A stretch of 20,276 bases of DNA from an uncultured Clostridiaceae bacterium (GTDB lineage: Bacteria; Bacillota; Clostridia; TANB77; CAG-508), in NCBI GenBank assembly GCA_930990125.1, contig CAKNOI010000023.1:1-20276 (forward strand). Reading direction: 5' to 3'. The notes beneath the pieces are model-generated. The model did not search any database. It was not told the origin of the DNA and saw only the letters and a list, made by a program, of their open reading frames with translations. Positions 7,964-16,482 of the stretch are shown here, piece after piece (positions within the stretch are counted from its first letter, which is position 1; every line of letters begins with the position of its first letter). The translations under genes and the position numbers were made by a program.

Positions 7964-10402
7964 TTATTCTTCTACATTGTCTGGTGCAATAATTTCTATA
8001 CTTACTACTTTTCCTCCATCATTGGTTCTCATCAGAGTAACTCCTTGTGTCACTCTTCCTAATACACTAATATCTTTTACATTTAGTCGAATAATGGTTC
8101 CTGTATCGGTAATAAGCATTACATCATCTTCCTCGTTAGCAATGCGAATCCCTACGATATTACCGGTTTTTGGCGTTACTTTATAGGTGGTAACTCCTTT
8201 TCCGCCTCGGATTTGCACTCTATATTCTTCTAGTTCTGTTCTTTTTCCAAATCCATTTTCTGTAATAGCAAGTAATGTAGCATTGCTTCCTGAAATAATA
8301 GATTCCATTCCAATAACAGCATCGTCTTTATCTAATCGGATTCCCATTACTCCTTGTGCTACTCTTCCAATTGGTCTTACATCTTTTTCACTAAAGGTAA
8401 TGCTCATTCCCTTTTTGGTTACTAGCACAACATTATCTTGCCCATCGGTTAATCTTACTCCTATTAATTCATCATCTTCTTTTAGAGTAATTGCTTGTAA
8501 TCCAGATTTACGAACCGTATCATATTCTTTTAATGCCGTTTTCTTAATAAGTCCATTTTTAGTTGCCATTAATAAATATTTTTCATCTGCAAAAACACCT
8601 ATTGGAATAACAGCAGATACTTTTTCGCCATTATCTAGACTTAATAAATTAACAATTGCTGTTCCTTTTGCTGTTCTTCCCGCTTCTGGTATTTCGTATC
8701 CTTTTAACCTATATAATTTACCTTTATTGGTAAAGAATAAAATAGTATCATGCGTAGAAGCTGTAAAGATTTGTTTTACAAAATCATCTTCTCTGGTAGA
8801 AATACCTGTAATGCCTTTTCCTCCTCTTCTTTGACTCTTATAAGTATCAATTGGCATTCTTTTAATATAGCCAAAGTGTGTTAATGCTACTACACATTGT
8901 TCTTCTTTAATTAAATCTTCTTCTTCAAATTCTCCTTCTGCTGCCATTATCTTTGTTTTTCTTTCGTCACCATATTTATTCTTTATTTCTGTTAGTTCTT
9001 CTTTTATAATTTCAAATACTAATCTTTCGCTAGACAAAATCTCTTTTAAATGAGCAATTAGTTTCATTAACTCATTGTATTCTTCTTCTATTTTTTCTCT
9101 TTGCAAACCAGATAATGTTTTTAAACGCATGTCCAAAATAGCTTGTGCTTGAATATCTGTTAATCCAAAGCGTTCCATTAATCTTTCTTTTGGGTCATCA
9201 TAAGAAGAACGAATAATAGCAATTACTTCATCAATATTATCTAATGCTATTTTTAATCCTTCTAATATATGAGCTCTTGCTTCTGCCTTATCTAGTTCAA
9301 ACTTTGTTCTTCTTAAAATAACATCTTTTCTATGGTCAATATAATACTCTAAGCATTGACGTAATGTTAAGATTTTTGGTTCTCCGTTTACAAGGGCTAG
9401 CATGATAGCTCCAAATGTTGTTTGCATTTGTGTATACTTATATAATCTATTTAATACCACTTGTGCATTTGCATCTCTTTTTAGCTCAATAACAATACGT
9501 ACTTTATGCTCTCTATCAGATTCATCTCTTAACTCAGAAATTCCTTCTATTTTCTTTTCTTTTACATAATCTGCAATTGTTTCAATTAGTTTTGCTTTAT
9601 TTACTTGATATGGTAAAGATCTTACAATAATTCTTTGTTTGTTGCCAGACATTTCTTCAATTTCTGCTTCTGCTCTTACTGTAATTTTACCTTTTCCTGT
9701 CGTATAGGCTTCTTTAATTCCTTCTCTTCCTAAAATAATACCTTCTGTTGGGAAATCAGGTCCTTTTATAATGCCCATTAATTCTTCATCTGTTACTTGG
9801 TCTTCATCAATAATTTTGATAATTCCATTAATAACTTCTGTCAAATTATGAGGTGGAATATTGGTTGCCATACCTACGGCAATTCCAGAAGAACCATTCA
9901 CTAATAATGCTGGTATTTTTGCTGGAAGTACAGATGGCTCTTGCAATCTATCATCAAAGTTTGGCATAAATTCTACTGTATTCTTTTCAATATCCTCTAA
10001 CATAGATACTGCAAGTTTAGACATTCTTGCTTCTGTATAACGGTAAGCAGCAGCTCCATCTCCATCAATAGAACCAAAGTTTCCATGTCCATCAATTAAG
10101 GGGTATCGCAGTGAAAAATCTTGCGCCATTCTTACCATTGCATCATAAACAGAACTATCTCCATGTGGATGATATCTACCTAAAACGTCTCCAACGGTAG
10201 TAGCAGATTTTCTGTATGGTTTATCTGGTGTTAAACCATCTTCGTACATGGTATATAATATTCTTCTGTGTACTGGTTTTAAACCATCTCTAACATCTGG
10301 TAAAGCTCGAGAAACAATAACACTCATTGCATAATCAATATACGAATTTTTCATCTCGCTTTCAATGTCTTTTTCAATAATTTTTCCTTCTTGCATTTCC
10401 AT
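7964..10402 (-). CDS. gyrA: DNA gyrase subunit A
   Basis: 812 aa. Contains [36 protein letters not shown] (wild-type Ser/Asp pattern), the active-site Tyr in [11 protein letters not shown], and the GyrA-box QRRGGKG in the C-terminal beta-pinwheel. The GyrA box distinguishes GyrA from ParC. Confidence 0.96.
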   Translation of the reverse strand: MEMQEGKIIEKDIESEMKNSYIDYAMSVIVSRALPDVRDGLKPVHRRILYTMYEDGLTPDKPYRKSATTVGDVLGRYHPHGDSSVYDAMVRMAQDFSLRYPLIDGHGNFGSIDGDGAAAYRYTEARMSKLAVSMLEDIEKNTVEFMPNFDDRLQEPSVLPAKIPALLVNGSSGIAVGMATNIPPHNLTEVINGIIKIIDEDQVTDEELMGIIKGPDFPTEGIILGREGIKEAYTTGKGKITVRAEAEIEEMSGNKQRIIVRSLPYQVNKAKLIETIADYVKEKKIEGISELRDESDREHKVRIVIELKRDANAQVVLNRLYKYTQMQTTFGAIMLALVNGEPKILTLRQCLEYYIDHRKDVILRRTKFELDKAEARAHILEGLKIALDNIDEVIAIIRSSYDDPKERLMERFGLTDIQAQAILDMRLKTLSGLQREKIEEEYNELMKLIAHLKEILSSERLVFEIIKEELTEIKNKYGDERKTKIMAAEGEFEEEDLIKEEQCVVALTHFGYIKRMPIDTYKSQRRGGKGITGISTREDDFVKQIFTASTHDTILFFTNKGKLYRLKGYEIPEAGRTAKGTAIVNLLSLDNGEKVSAVIPIGVFADEKYLLMATKNGLIKKTALKEYDTVRKSGLQAITLKEDDELIGVRLTDGQDNVVLVTKKGMSITFSEKDVRPIGRVAQGVMGIRLDKDDAVIGMESIISGSNATLLAITENGFGKRTELEEYRVQIRGGKGVTTYKVTPKTGNIVGIRIANEEDDVMLITDTGTIIRLNVKDISVLGRVTQGVTLMRTNDGGKVVSIEIIAPDNVEE

Positions 10403-10440
10403 GTTTCTTACCTCTTTTTCGTAATATTTTCTCTCTTTGT

Positions 10441-10469
10441 ATTATACTAAACCGTTACCAATTATGCAA
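10441..10469 (-). promoter_or_regulatory. sigma-A promoter of gyrA
   Basis: Minus strand reads TTGCAT (10469-10464), 17-nt spacer, TATAAT (10446-10441). GAGGT RBS before ATG 10402. Confidence 0.6.
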
Positions 10470-10492
10470 GGAAAAAAATCGTTTTTTTTAGT

Positions 10493-11206
10493 TTATGCCA
10501 ACATTTTTGCTAGTTCTAATTGTGTACTAGATAAATCAAATTGGTTATTATTATTTTCTATTAATTGCTGCAAGTTTTGTATTTGTTTTGCTTCTGTTAA
10601 GATGGTATCTATTGGCATAATATCTTTCATTAAAGAATCTATTTTTTTAGATACTGCTTTCATATTTTTTATATCTTTTTCTTGGTAATAATTTTTCCAT
10701 TTTTCTGTTTGCTCTTTTAATTCTTCTACATAAACAATTTGTCCATCCAATTCATGGTCTATTTTTTCTTTTATTTTTTCTACTACTGCATTTTTCCCTT
10801 CTTTCACCATTTTAGAAACATTACTACTTATTTTATCCTTATCTACTAACTCTTTAATGGCAGCATCTATTATTTTAGAAAAGGAATTAATTGTTTTTTC
10901 TTCTTTTAGAAAATCTTTTAAATTTGCCACCACATTTCCTATGTCTACTTCTTTACCACTATTTTCTTCTGATTTTTTTGTTTGCTCTAGTGCACCGCTA
11001 CTTATGGTTTCTTTTTCCTTATTAAAATCCCAAGATAATAGTTTATCTTTTAAATTACTTACTGGTTTTTCTATTAAATCTGGTACAAAAGTAGAAATAG
11101 CAAAATCTAAACCAGCATCTACTATTTTTCCTATTGTGGTATCTAAAAATTCTTTTTGTTCTGTTTCTTTTGTGTTTTCTATTCTTTTATCGGTTTCTAT
11201 CTCCAT
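10493..11206 (-). CDS. hypothetical acidic, Lys/Glu-rich, probably coiled-coil protein
   Basis: 237-aa ORF with no TM segment and no motif I recognise. Coding-like composition; the antisense ORFs are low-complexity shadows. Confidence 0.55.
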   Translation of the reverse strand: MEIETDKRIENTKETEQKEFLDTTIGKIVDAGLDFAISTFVPDLIEKPVSNLKDKLLSWDFNKEKETISSGALEQTKKSEENSGKEVDIGNVVANLKDFLKEEKTINSFSKIIDAAIKELVDKDKISSNVSKMVKEGKNAVVEKIKEKIDHELDGQIVYVEELKEQTEKWKNYYQEKDIKNMKAVSKKIDSLMKDIMPIDTILTEAKQIQNLQQLIENNNNQFDLSSTQLELAKMLA

Positions 11207-11225
11207 ATTTGGTATTTCCTTTCTT

Positions 11226-11398
11226 AGATAAGTATTTAAGTAACAAACTACATAGAACGAAAAAAATATAAATACAATTAAAACTTAATAGATTCGAATA
11301 TGGTTTTAAGGAGTTATCTTACTATTTTTATGCAACAGAACAAAATTTATCAGAGAGAAGTAAACATTCTATATAGTTTGTTGCTTAAATACTTATCT
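11226..11398. repeat. 32-bp imperfect inverted repeats flanking a 109-bp AT-rich core
   Basis: Left arm AGATAAGTATTTAAGTAACAAACTACATAGAA (11226-11257). Right arm TTCTATATAGTTTGTTGCTTAAATACTTATCT (11367-11398). 30 of 32 positions are complementary. Confidence 0.85.
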
Positions 11399-11408
11399 AT
11401 CTTTTCTT

Positions 11409-12722
11409 TTATGCTTCTTTCCATTTTTTTCTTAAAGCTGTAAAAAAGTTCTCTTTTTCTGGTGTTTCTATTTTTAAAATTCTTTTTGTTATCTTAGTAT
11501 ACGGTTTTTTCAAATTTATTTCTGCACTTTGATTTTTGGCATTCGTATTAATAAATAAATTATATTTTTTTTGATATTTTATTTTTCCTAATATTCTAAA
11601 ATCCGAAAATATATTTTTTAAAATTCCTTCTTCTATCGAAAATGCATCTACTTTATTAAATAATATGCCAATTTTATTGGGTTCTATTTTCCACTGTTGC
11701 AAATAAATATCTAATAATCTTTTTGCTTTTTTGATTCCTAAAATATTGGTATCCGTTACAAATATATTGGTATCACTACATTCTAACATTGCTTTGTGAA
11801 TATCAAAAAAACATTCACAAGAAGTATCCACAATTATCATTTCATATTCTTTTTGTAGTCCTACTAACATTTCTTGTATCTTACTAGGGATTTTATTCTT
11901 TTCTTTTTGAAATAAAATATCAAGACCACTAATTAAATCTATTTTTTTGGTAATGGGAATGGCTAATTTTTTTATTCTTTGGCTAGCATTTTTTTCAGAA
12001 AAAAGGGGAATAACATTATTTTGTAATCTTTGTTCTATTTTAGAGGGATATTTTTTCACTCCATAAATGGTATGTAAAGAATTATTTAAAAAATCAAAAT
12101 CTAAGACTAAAATACGTGAATATTCTTTTTGAAGGCTGTTGGCCAAGTTCACCGTAATAACACTTTTTCCTACTCCAGAGGGACCAATTATCCCTATAAT
12201 GTGTCTCTTTTTTTCTGGTATTGTTTTGGTTTTGTCTCCTATTTTCCCTTTTAAAGGTTGCAACATAGAAAAAAGGTTTTTTTGATTTTTTTGTAGTAAT
12301 AATTGTTTTAAATCTTGAATTTCTTTTTTTAATTCTATTTGTGAATCTTCTTGCTTCTCTTGTAGTTCTTCTTGTAATTTTCTTAAAAGTGCAGAATCTT
12401 TTGCAAAGTAATAGGATATTGCATTTTGCTTTAAGTAAATTAATAGCATTTCTTCTTTCTTTTTCAATATTAAAATCATTTTAATATTTGGCTTTTTTTG
12501 CTTTATTTTTTCTAGTAATGGTATTATTTCTTTTTTATTGGTAATGGTATCTTGTAGTAAAAGAGTATCTACTTTTTCTTCTTTTTCTAGCAATTCTATA
12601 ATCCCTTCTGGATATACAATATTATTTCCTACAAACTGTATTGCATGTATTCCTAGTTTTATCTTTAATTCTTCTCTTATTTCATTTTCTTCTAATGCTG
12701 TTATTATTTTTTTCATATACAT
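11409..12722 (-). CDS. ParA/MinD-family ATPase with N-terminal receiver-like domain (CpaE/TadZ-like architecture)
   Basis: The N-terminal ~120 aa have an alternating beta/alpha receiver-like pattern. P-loop IIGIIGPSGVGKSV, then LVLDFDF and IIVDTS. The likely start is ATG 12716, 8 nt after GGAGAGG. Overlaps the 3' end of the VirB4 C-fragment. Confidence 0.65.
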   Translation of the reverse strand: MYMKKIITALEENEIREELKIKLGIHAIQFVGNNIVYPEGIIELLEKEEKVDTLLLQDTITNKKEIIPLLEKIKQKKPNIKMILILKKKEEMLLIYLKQNAISYYFAKDSALLRKLQEELQEKQEDSQIELKKEIQDLKQLLLQKNQKNLFSMLQPLKGKIGDKTKTIPEKKRHIIGIIGPSGVGKSVITVNLANSLQKEYSRILVLDFDFLNNSLHTIYGVKKYPSKIEQRLQNNVIPLFSEKNASQRIKKLAIPITKKIDLISGLDILFQKEKNKIPSKIQEMLVGLQKEYEMIIVDTSCECFFDIHKAMLECSDTNIFVTDTNILGIKKAKRLLDIYLQQWKIEPNKIGILFNKVDAFSIEEGILKNIFSDFRILGKIKYQKKYNLFINTNAKNQSAEINLKKPYTKITKRILKIETPEKENFFTALRKKWKEA

Positions 12723-13527
12723 CCTCTCCTTCTATTAACTCTTTTTCTTTGTTGCTACATTCAATTTTGGTCAAAATGTGATTATTTCCTACTAACATCA
12801 AGCATTCTCCTTTTTTCAATTTTCGTATTTCTATTTGTTCTTTTGTGGATATTTCTACTTGTTTACTTAAAATCTTTATATCCCCTTCTTCCAATGAAAA
12901 AAATGTTTTAATACTAGAATTATTTAAAATGCTTCTTCCGTAAGCTCCTTCCTGAAAACTAAATAAATCGGATATATCTTGTGTAATAGATACAGCACTC
13001 CCATTATATTTTCGGATGGTTTTAAAAATGGTTAGAATAAAGCTAGCGACCTCTGAACAAGAGACTACACCTATCATTTTCCATATTTCATCTAAGTATA
13101 TAGATTTTTTATTTTTTTTGTTATTCTTGATTCTATCCCAAAAGATGTCCGAAAACAAAAACATCCCATAGGGTAGATATTTTTCTCCTAGATCTGATAT
13201 ATCTGCCACAACTAATAAATTATCTAATGAAATATTGGTCGGATGATTAAAAAAATTTAAAGAACCTTTTACAAAGGGAAATAATTTAACAGAAAAAATT
13301 TGTGTCCTAGCATCTTGTTGTAAAATGTAATATAAATCTTCTAGAATGGGCATTTGCTTCCCTGTTTTGAAAACAACTTCTTGTTTTTGCTGTTTTTTTA
13401 TTGTCTGATATAATGTTCTATCTTCCAATGTAATACCTTTTTTTTGATAGCATTGAATTATTTTTTCTTCTAAAATTGCTTTTTCTTCTTCTTTTATTTC
13501 TCCAAAAACAAGCTGAAAAAATCCCAT
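12682..13527 (-). pseudogene. VirB4-like conjugation ATPase, C-terminal fragment (Walker B part)
   Basis: SIYLDEIWKM (Walker B) and VSITQDISDLF. The reading frame stays open upstream of the annotated Met as KYGPGSNTYINILDIREGSKEEGQGYLATKIQKL, and joins the upstream fragment if one A of an A5 run is removed. Confidence 0.75.
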
Positions 13528-13609
13528 TAATTTTTGAATTTTGGTGGCTAAATATCCTTGTCCTTCCTCTTTACTTCCTTCTCTTATGTCTAAAATATTA
13601 ATGTAGGTA

Positions 13610-14545
13610 TTAGACCCAGGACCGTATTTTTACTACAACTCCATTTAAATTATGGCATAGTGTAATATATTCCTTTTCGGAATCGATAACATATTGTTCT
13701 ATTCCCATTAAGCGATAACGAAGAATACATAATTTGGTGTAAAAAGATTTTCCTGCTCCACTAGTTCCAAAAATACAAACATTTGCATTTTTATATTGAT
13801 TGTTATCATATTTATCAATAAATACTAAAGAATTATTATAAATATTTGTCCCAATAAAAATGCCATTTTTATCTAGTACAGAAGAAGAAATAAAAGGATA
13901 AGTTGCAGTTAGTCCTGTTGTTAAAATATTTCTTTTACTGACATTTCGAATTTCCATCTTATTTTGAAAAAATGGTAATATTGCTTTAAAAACTTGTTCT
14001 TGCCTAAAATAGGCTCTTTTTACTTGAATTCCTTTTCCTTGTAATATTCCTTCTATTTTATTTGCCTGGTATTCTAATTCTTGTTTATTTTCCACATAAA
14101 ACGTTAAATAAAATGATAAAAAATAAAGTTCTTCATTGTTCAATTGTAATTCTTTTCGGATATATTGTGCATCTTGATAAGTAAGTGCCACAATTTCTTT
14201 ATCTTGTATATTATTTGGTTTTTCTTTTAAATCGACACTATTATTTCCAATATAATAGGTTAAATCGCGAATAGATTGATACGTATCTTGTTTTTCATAA
14301 TACATAGAAAAAATAATATTACTATTTAATTCTATAATGTCTTCTAATAATAAGGTTTCATATTCGTGATAATAATTTGTTACTAAAAAAGAAAAGTAAT
14401 ACAATCCATCTATTTCAAGATATCTTGGATTTGTTGTATTAATATAAGAAGGGCTTATTTTATCTTTATCTTCATAAATACCTTCTTGAAATGTTTCTCT
14501 TTTTCTGTTTTTTATTTTCTTTTTTTTATTAAATATTTTCTTCAC
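13610..14545 (-). pseudogene. VirB4-like conjugation ATPase, central fragment (Walker A part)
   Basis: ISPSYINTTNPRYLEIDGLYYFSFL (the typical VirB4/TcpF/Orf16 central-domain start) and Walker A CIFGTSGAGKSFY. Ends prematurely at KIRSWV*. GTG start with no convincing RBS. Confidence 0.75.
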
Positions 14546-15242
14546 CTTCTTTAATATGATACTCTATAGGATGAAAAAAAGATGTTATAATATCTAAAAT
14601 TTCTTGTTTTGTTTCTATTAATTCTACAAAATTACCGCATCTGGATAACGATTCTTTTATTTTATAGTAACTTTCTGTTAATTCCTCTAATCTTTTATTT
14701 TCGGAAATAGTATTAACGGTATTACTATTTTTTAGAATAAGATAAAAATTTTTATGACATAATTTACGCTTTTGATGAAAATTTTGTATATATTGTTGAT
14801 ATTCTTTAATATACGATACAATAATTGGATCTTTTTCTTTTGGGGGAATCTTAGATATAAATTGAAAAATATTAGGTCTTGTGTTTTGAATAATAATCTG
14901 CAGATTACAATTACATGTTTTTAAAAAAATACGATACGAATTTAAAATTGCCTCTTTTTCTAACTCTGATTTTAATTGATAATTGATAGGAATTATCTTT
15001 ATCATTCGTAGATAGGTTGTACTATTTATTTTGATAACTCCATTGTTTAATATTTTTTCAAAAGGCAACCATTCTTGAACTGAAGCTTGGTTTTCCTTTT
15101 TCACTTTTTCTCCTTTCCTTTTACTTTCTGTTTTTATTGTACACATTTTGGAAAATTTTGTCAAGACTTTTCTTAAAGAATCGTATGACAAAATTCGACA
15201 AAACATTGTTTTTTCAAGCATTTTAAGCTTCATCCACTTCAT
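14529..15242 (-). CDS. VirB4-like ATPase N-terminal domain ORF (separate gene or first fragment of the same pseudogene)
   Basis: SVQEWLPFEKILNNGVIKINSTTYLRMIKIIPINYQLKSELEKEAILNSYRIFLKT matches the conserved N-terminus of Gram-positive VirB4 proteins (Tn916 Orf16, TcpF, PrgJ type). The start codon is uncertain. Confidence 0.6.
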   Translation of the reverse strand: MKWMKLKMLEKTMFCRILSYDSLRKVLTKFSKMCTIKTESKRKGEKVKKENQASVQEWLPFEKILNNGVIKINSTTYLRMIKIIPINYQLKSELEKEAILNSYRIFLKTCNCNLQIIIQNTRPNIFQFISKIPPKEKDPIIVSYIKEYQQYIQNFHQKRKLCHKNFYLILKNSNTVNTISENKRLEELTESYYKIKESLSRCGNFVELIETKQEILDIITSFFHPIEYHIKEGEENI

Positions 15243-15693
15243 CTAATGCAATGAAAAATATCTCTTCTATTTCTTCATAAATTTCTTTTGCTTGCTCTAA
15301 AGGTAAACATACTCCTTCCTCTCCTTTTCCAATTTCAATTGTAAAACCTGGTTTAGAATAGGTATTAACAAACCAATCTTTGTATCCAGCAAAAGAAGAT
15401 GCATATTCTGGTTCCGTATAATGATATCCACTAACTGTTTCAAATAATTTTGCTAGTTTTTTTGCTTTTGCGTTTTCTTTACCATTTCCATAAATCTCTT
15501 TTCCTTGTGAATGGAAAGAAATTGTTAAATCAAAAGAATGGATTTTTGTAAATTGATACATTGCAATGGTTTCTTTTTCGGAAAGTGGATTTGGTCCAAC
15601 ATAATCTCTTGGTCCTGGTTTAGTAACACCTTTTTTTTCTTTATTTTTTCTAGCTATTTCCCATCCAGCTGGATAATTTAAATTTAAATCCAC
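15223..15693 (-). pseudogene. 5'-truncated M14 zinc peptidase (gamma-D-glutamyl-diamino-acid peptidase-like)
   Basis: Begins inside the conserved VDLNLNYP motif. Retains ISFHSQG (third Zn ligand) and FTIEIG (catalytic Glu) but lacks the whole N-terminal part with the HxxE Zn ligands. The frame is closed by a stop 4 codons upstream of 15693. Confidence 0.7.
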
Positions 15694-15760
15694 ACCTGTG
15701 AAGTTGATTAACTTCCATATAAGAAAATTACAATAATGAAATATAAAAATATTTACAGAA

Positions 15761-15796
15761 ACAAGGTGTTTTTAAGCATCTTGTACTTTTTATTTT
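15761..15796 (+). terminator. possible rho-independent terminator at the island's left edge
   Basis: ACAAGGTG / loop TTTTTAAG / CATCTTGT (one G-U pair), followed by ACTTTTTATTTTTA. No + strand gene precedes it in the window. Confidence 0.35.
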
Positions 15797-15824
15797 TATA
15801 TCTATATGATAAATAGGATATACC

Positions 15825-15848
15825 TTTAGGACAGAGGTATGTCCTAAA
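15825..15848. promoter_or_regulatory. palindrome upstream of the island promoter (possible operator or recombination site)
   Basis: TTTAGGAC (15825-15832) / AGAGGTAT / GTCCTAAA (15841-15848). Nearby repeated GGACA motifs (AGGACAG, GGGACAA). Confidence 0.3.
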
Positions 15849-15932
15849 TGGGACAATATAATATTATAAGTATAATAAGATAGATAGATTATTAATTATA
15901 TATAAAATATACTAAAAAATGTGAAAATTCTA

Positions 15933-15961
15933 TTGACATAGAAACAAGTGTTTGGTATAAA
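15933..15961 (+). promoter_or_regulatory. strong sigma-A promoter (extended -10) of the island operon
   Basis: TTGACA (15933-15938), 17-nt spacer, TGgTATAAA (15953-15961). A second TGGTATAAA copy at 16033-16041 may be a tandem -10. Confidence 0.6.
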
Positions 15962-16059
15962 TATAGATGTAGATTTTAGAATAAATATTAGTCAAATTGT
16001 GGAATAAAAACTCATTATGTGATATATTAGTATGGTATAAAAATAAAGGGATAGTTGTT

Positions 16060-16470
16060 ATGAAAAATTTAGTTTTTATGAGTATTAAACAAATACACAT
16101 AGATAGAATCTTAAGCAAATTAAAAAATCATGAATTTAGGACAAAGAAACCAAAGCAAAAGATTAAATATATAGCTGTATATGTTCCATCACCATTAAAG
16201 GAGCTTAAGTATATTTTAAAAGTTAGAGAGCCAATTTCAACACCAGATAAAATTCTAATAGATGGATATGGAAATCAGAGTTTTAACAAAGAAAGTAAAG
16301 AAAAATACGCTTATCCAATAGAAAATGTTTATGAAATTAATAAACAAATTACTTTAAAGGATTTAAGAGAAAAATTTAATTTTACAGCACCACAATCATT
16401 TGCTTATGGAGAAAGATACCCAGAATTAGTAGACTACATTGAAAAAATAGGATTTACAAAATTATACTAA
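16060..16470 (+). CDS. ASCH-domain (PUA-like fold) protein
   Basis: MKNLVFMSIKQIHIDRILSKLKNHEFRTKKPKQKIKYIAVYVPSP..ELKYILKV fits the ASCH pattern (sIkp.y...I..G.K..E.R...p......i.vY...P). I prefer ATG 16060 (AAGGG RBS 9 nt upstream) over the ORF-track TTG at 15997, which has no RBS. Confidence 0.55.
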   Translation: MKNLVFMSIKQIHIDRILSKLKNHEFRTKKPKQKIKYIAVYVPSPLKELKYILKVREPISTPDKILIDGYGNQSFNKESKEKYAYPIENVYEINKQITLKDLREKFNFTAPQSFAYGERYPELVDYIEKIGFTKLY

Positions 16471-16482
16471 CTAAAGGAGAGA

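Noticed and set aside
7941-8834. Two + strand ORFs (81 aa and 215 aa) inside the gyrA region
   Set aside because: They are antisense shadows of the highly conserved gyrA frame. They give low-complexity Ser/Pro/Leu/Thr-rich translations with no RBS.
7964-10402. Possibility that the 812-aa topoisomerase subunit is ParC rather than GyrA
   Set aside because: The C-terminal domain contains the canonical GyrA box QRRGGKG, and the N-terminus follows the GyrA pattern ([31 protein letters not shown]).
10437-12738. ORFs 10437..10688 (+), 10857..11231 (+) and 12538..12738 (+)
   Set aside because: They are antisense to the 237-aa and CpaE-like genes and cross the gyrA promoter. Their Ser/Phe/Ile-rich composition is typical of shadows in AT-rich DNA.
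15746-15826. 26-codon ORF MKYKNIYRNKVFLSILYFLFLYLYDK in the island's left non-coding region
   Set aside because: It has no RBS and spans the terminator-like hairpin. It is too short and low-complexity to support.
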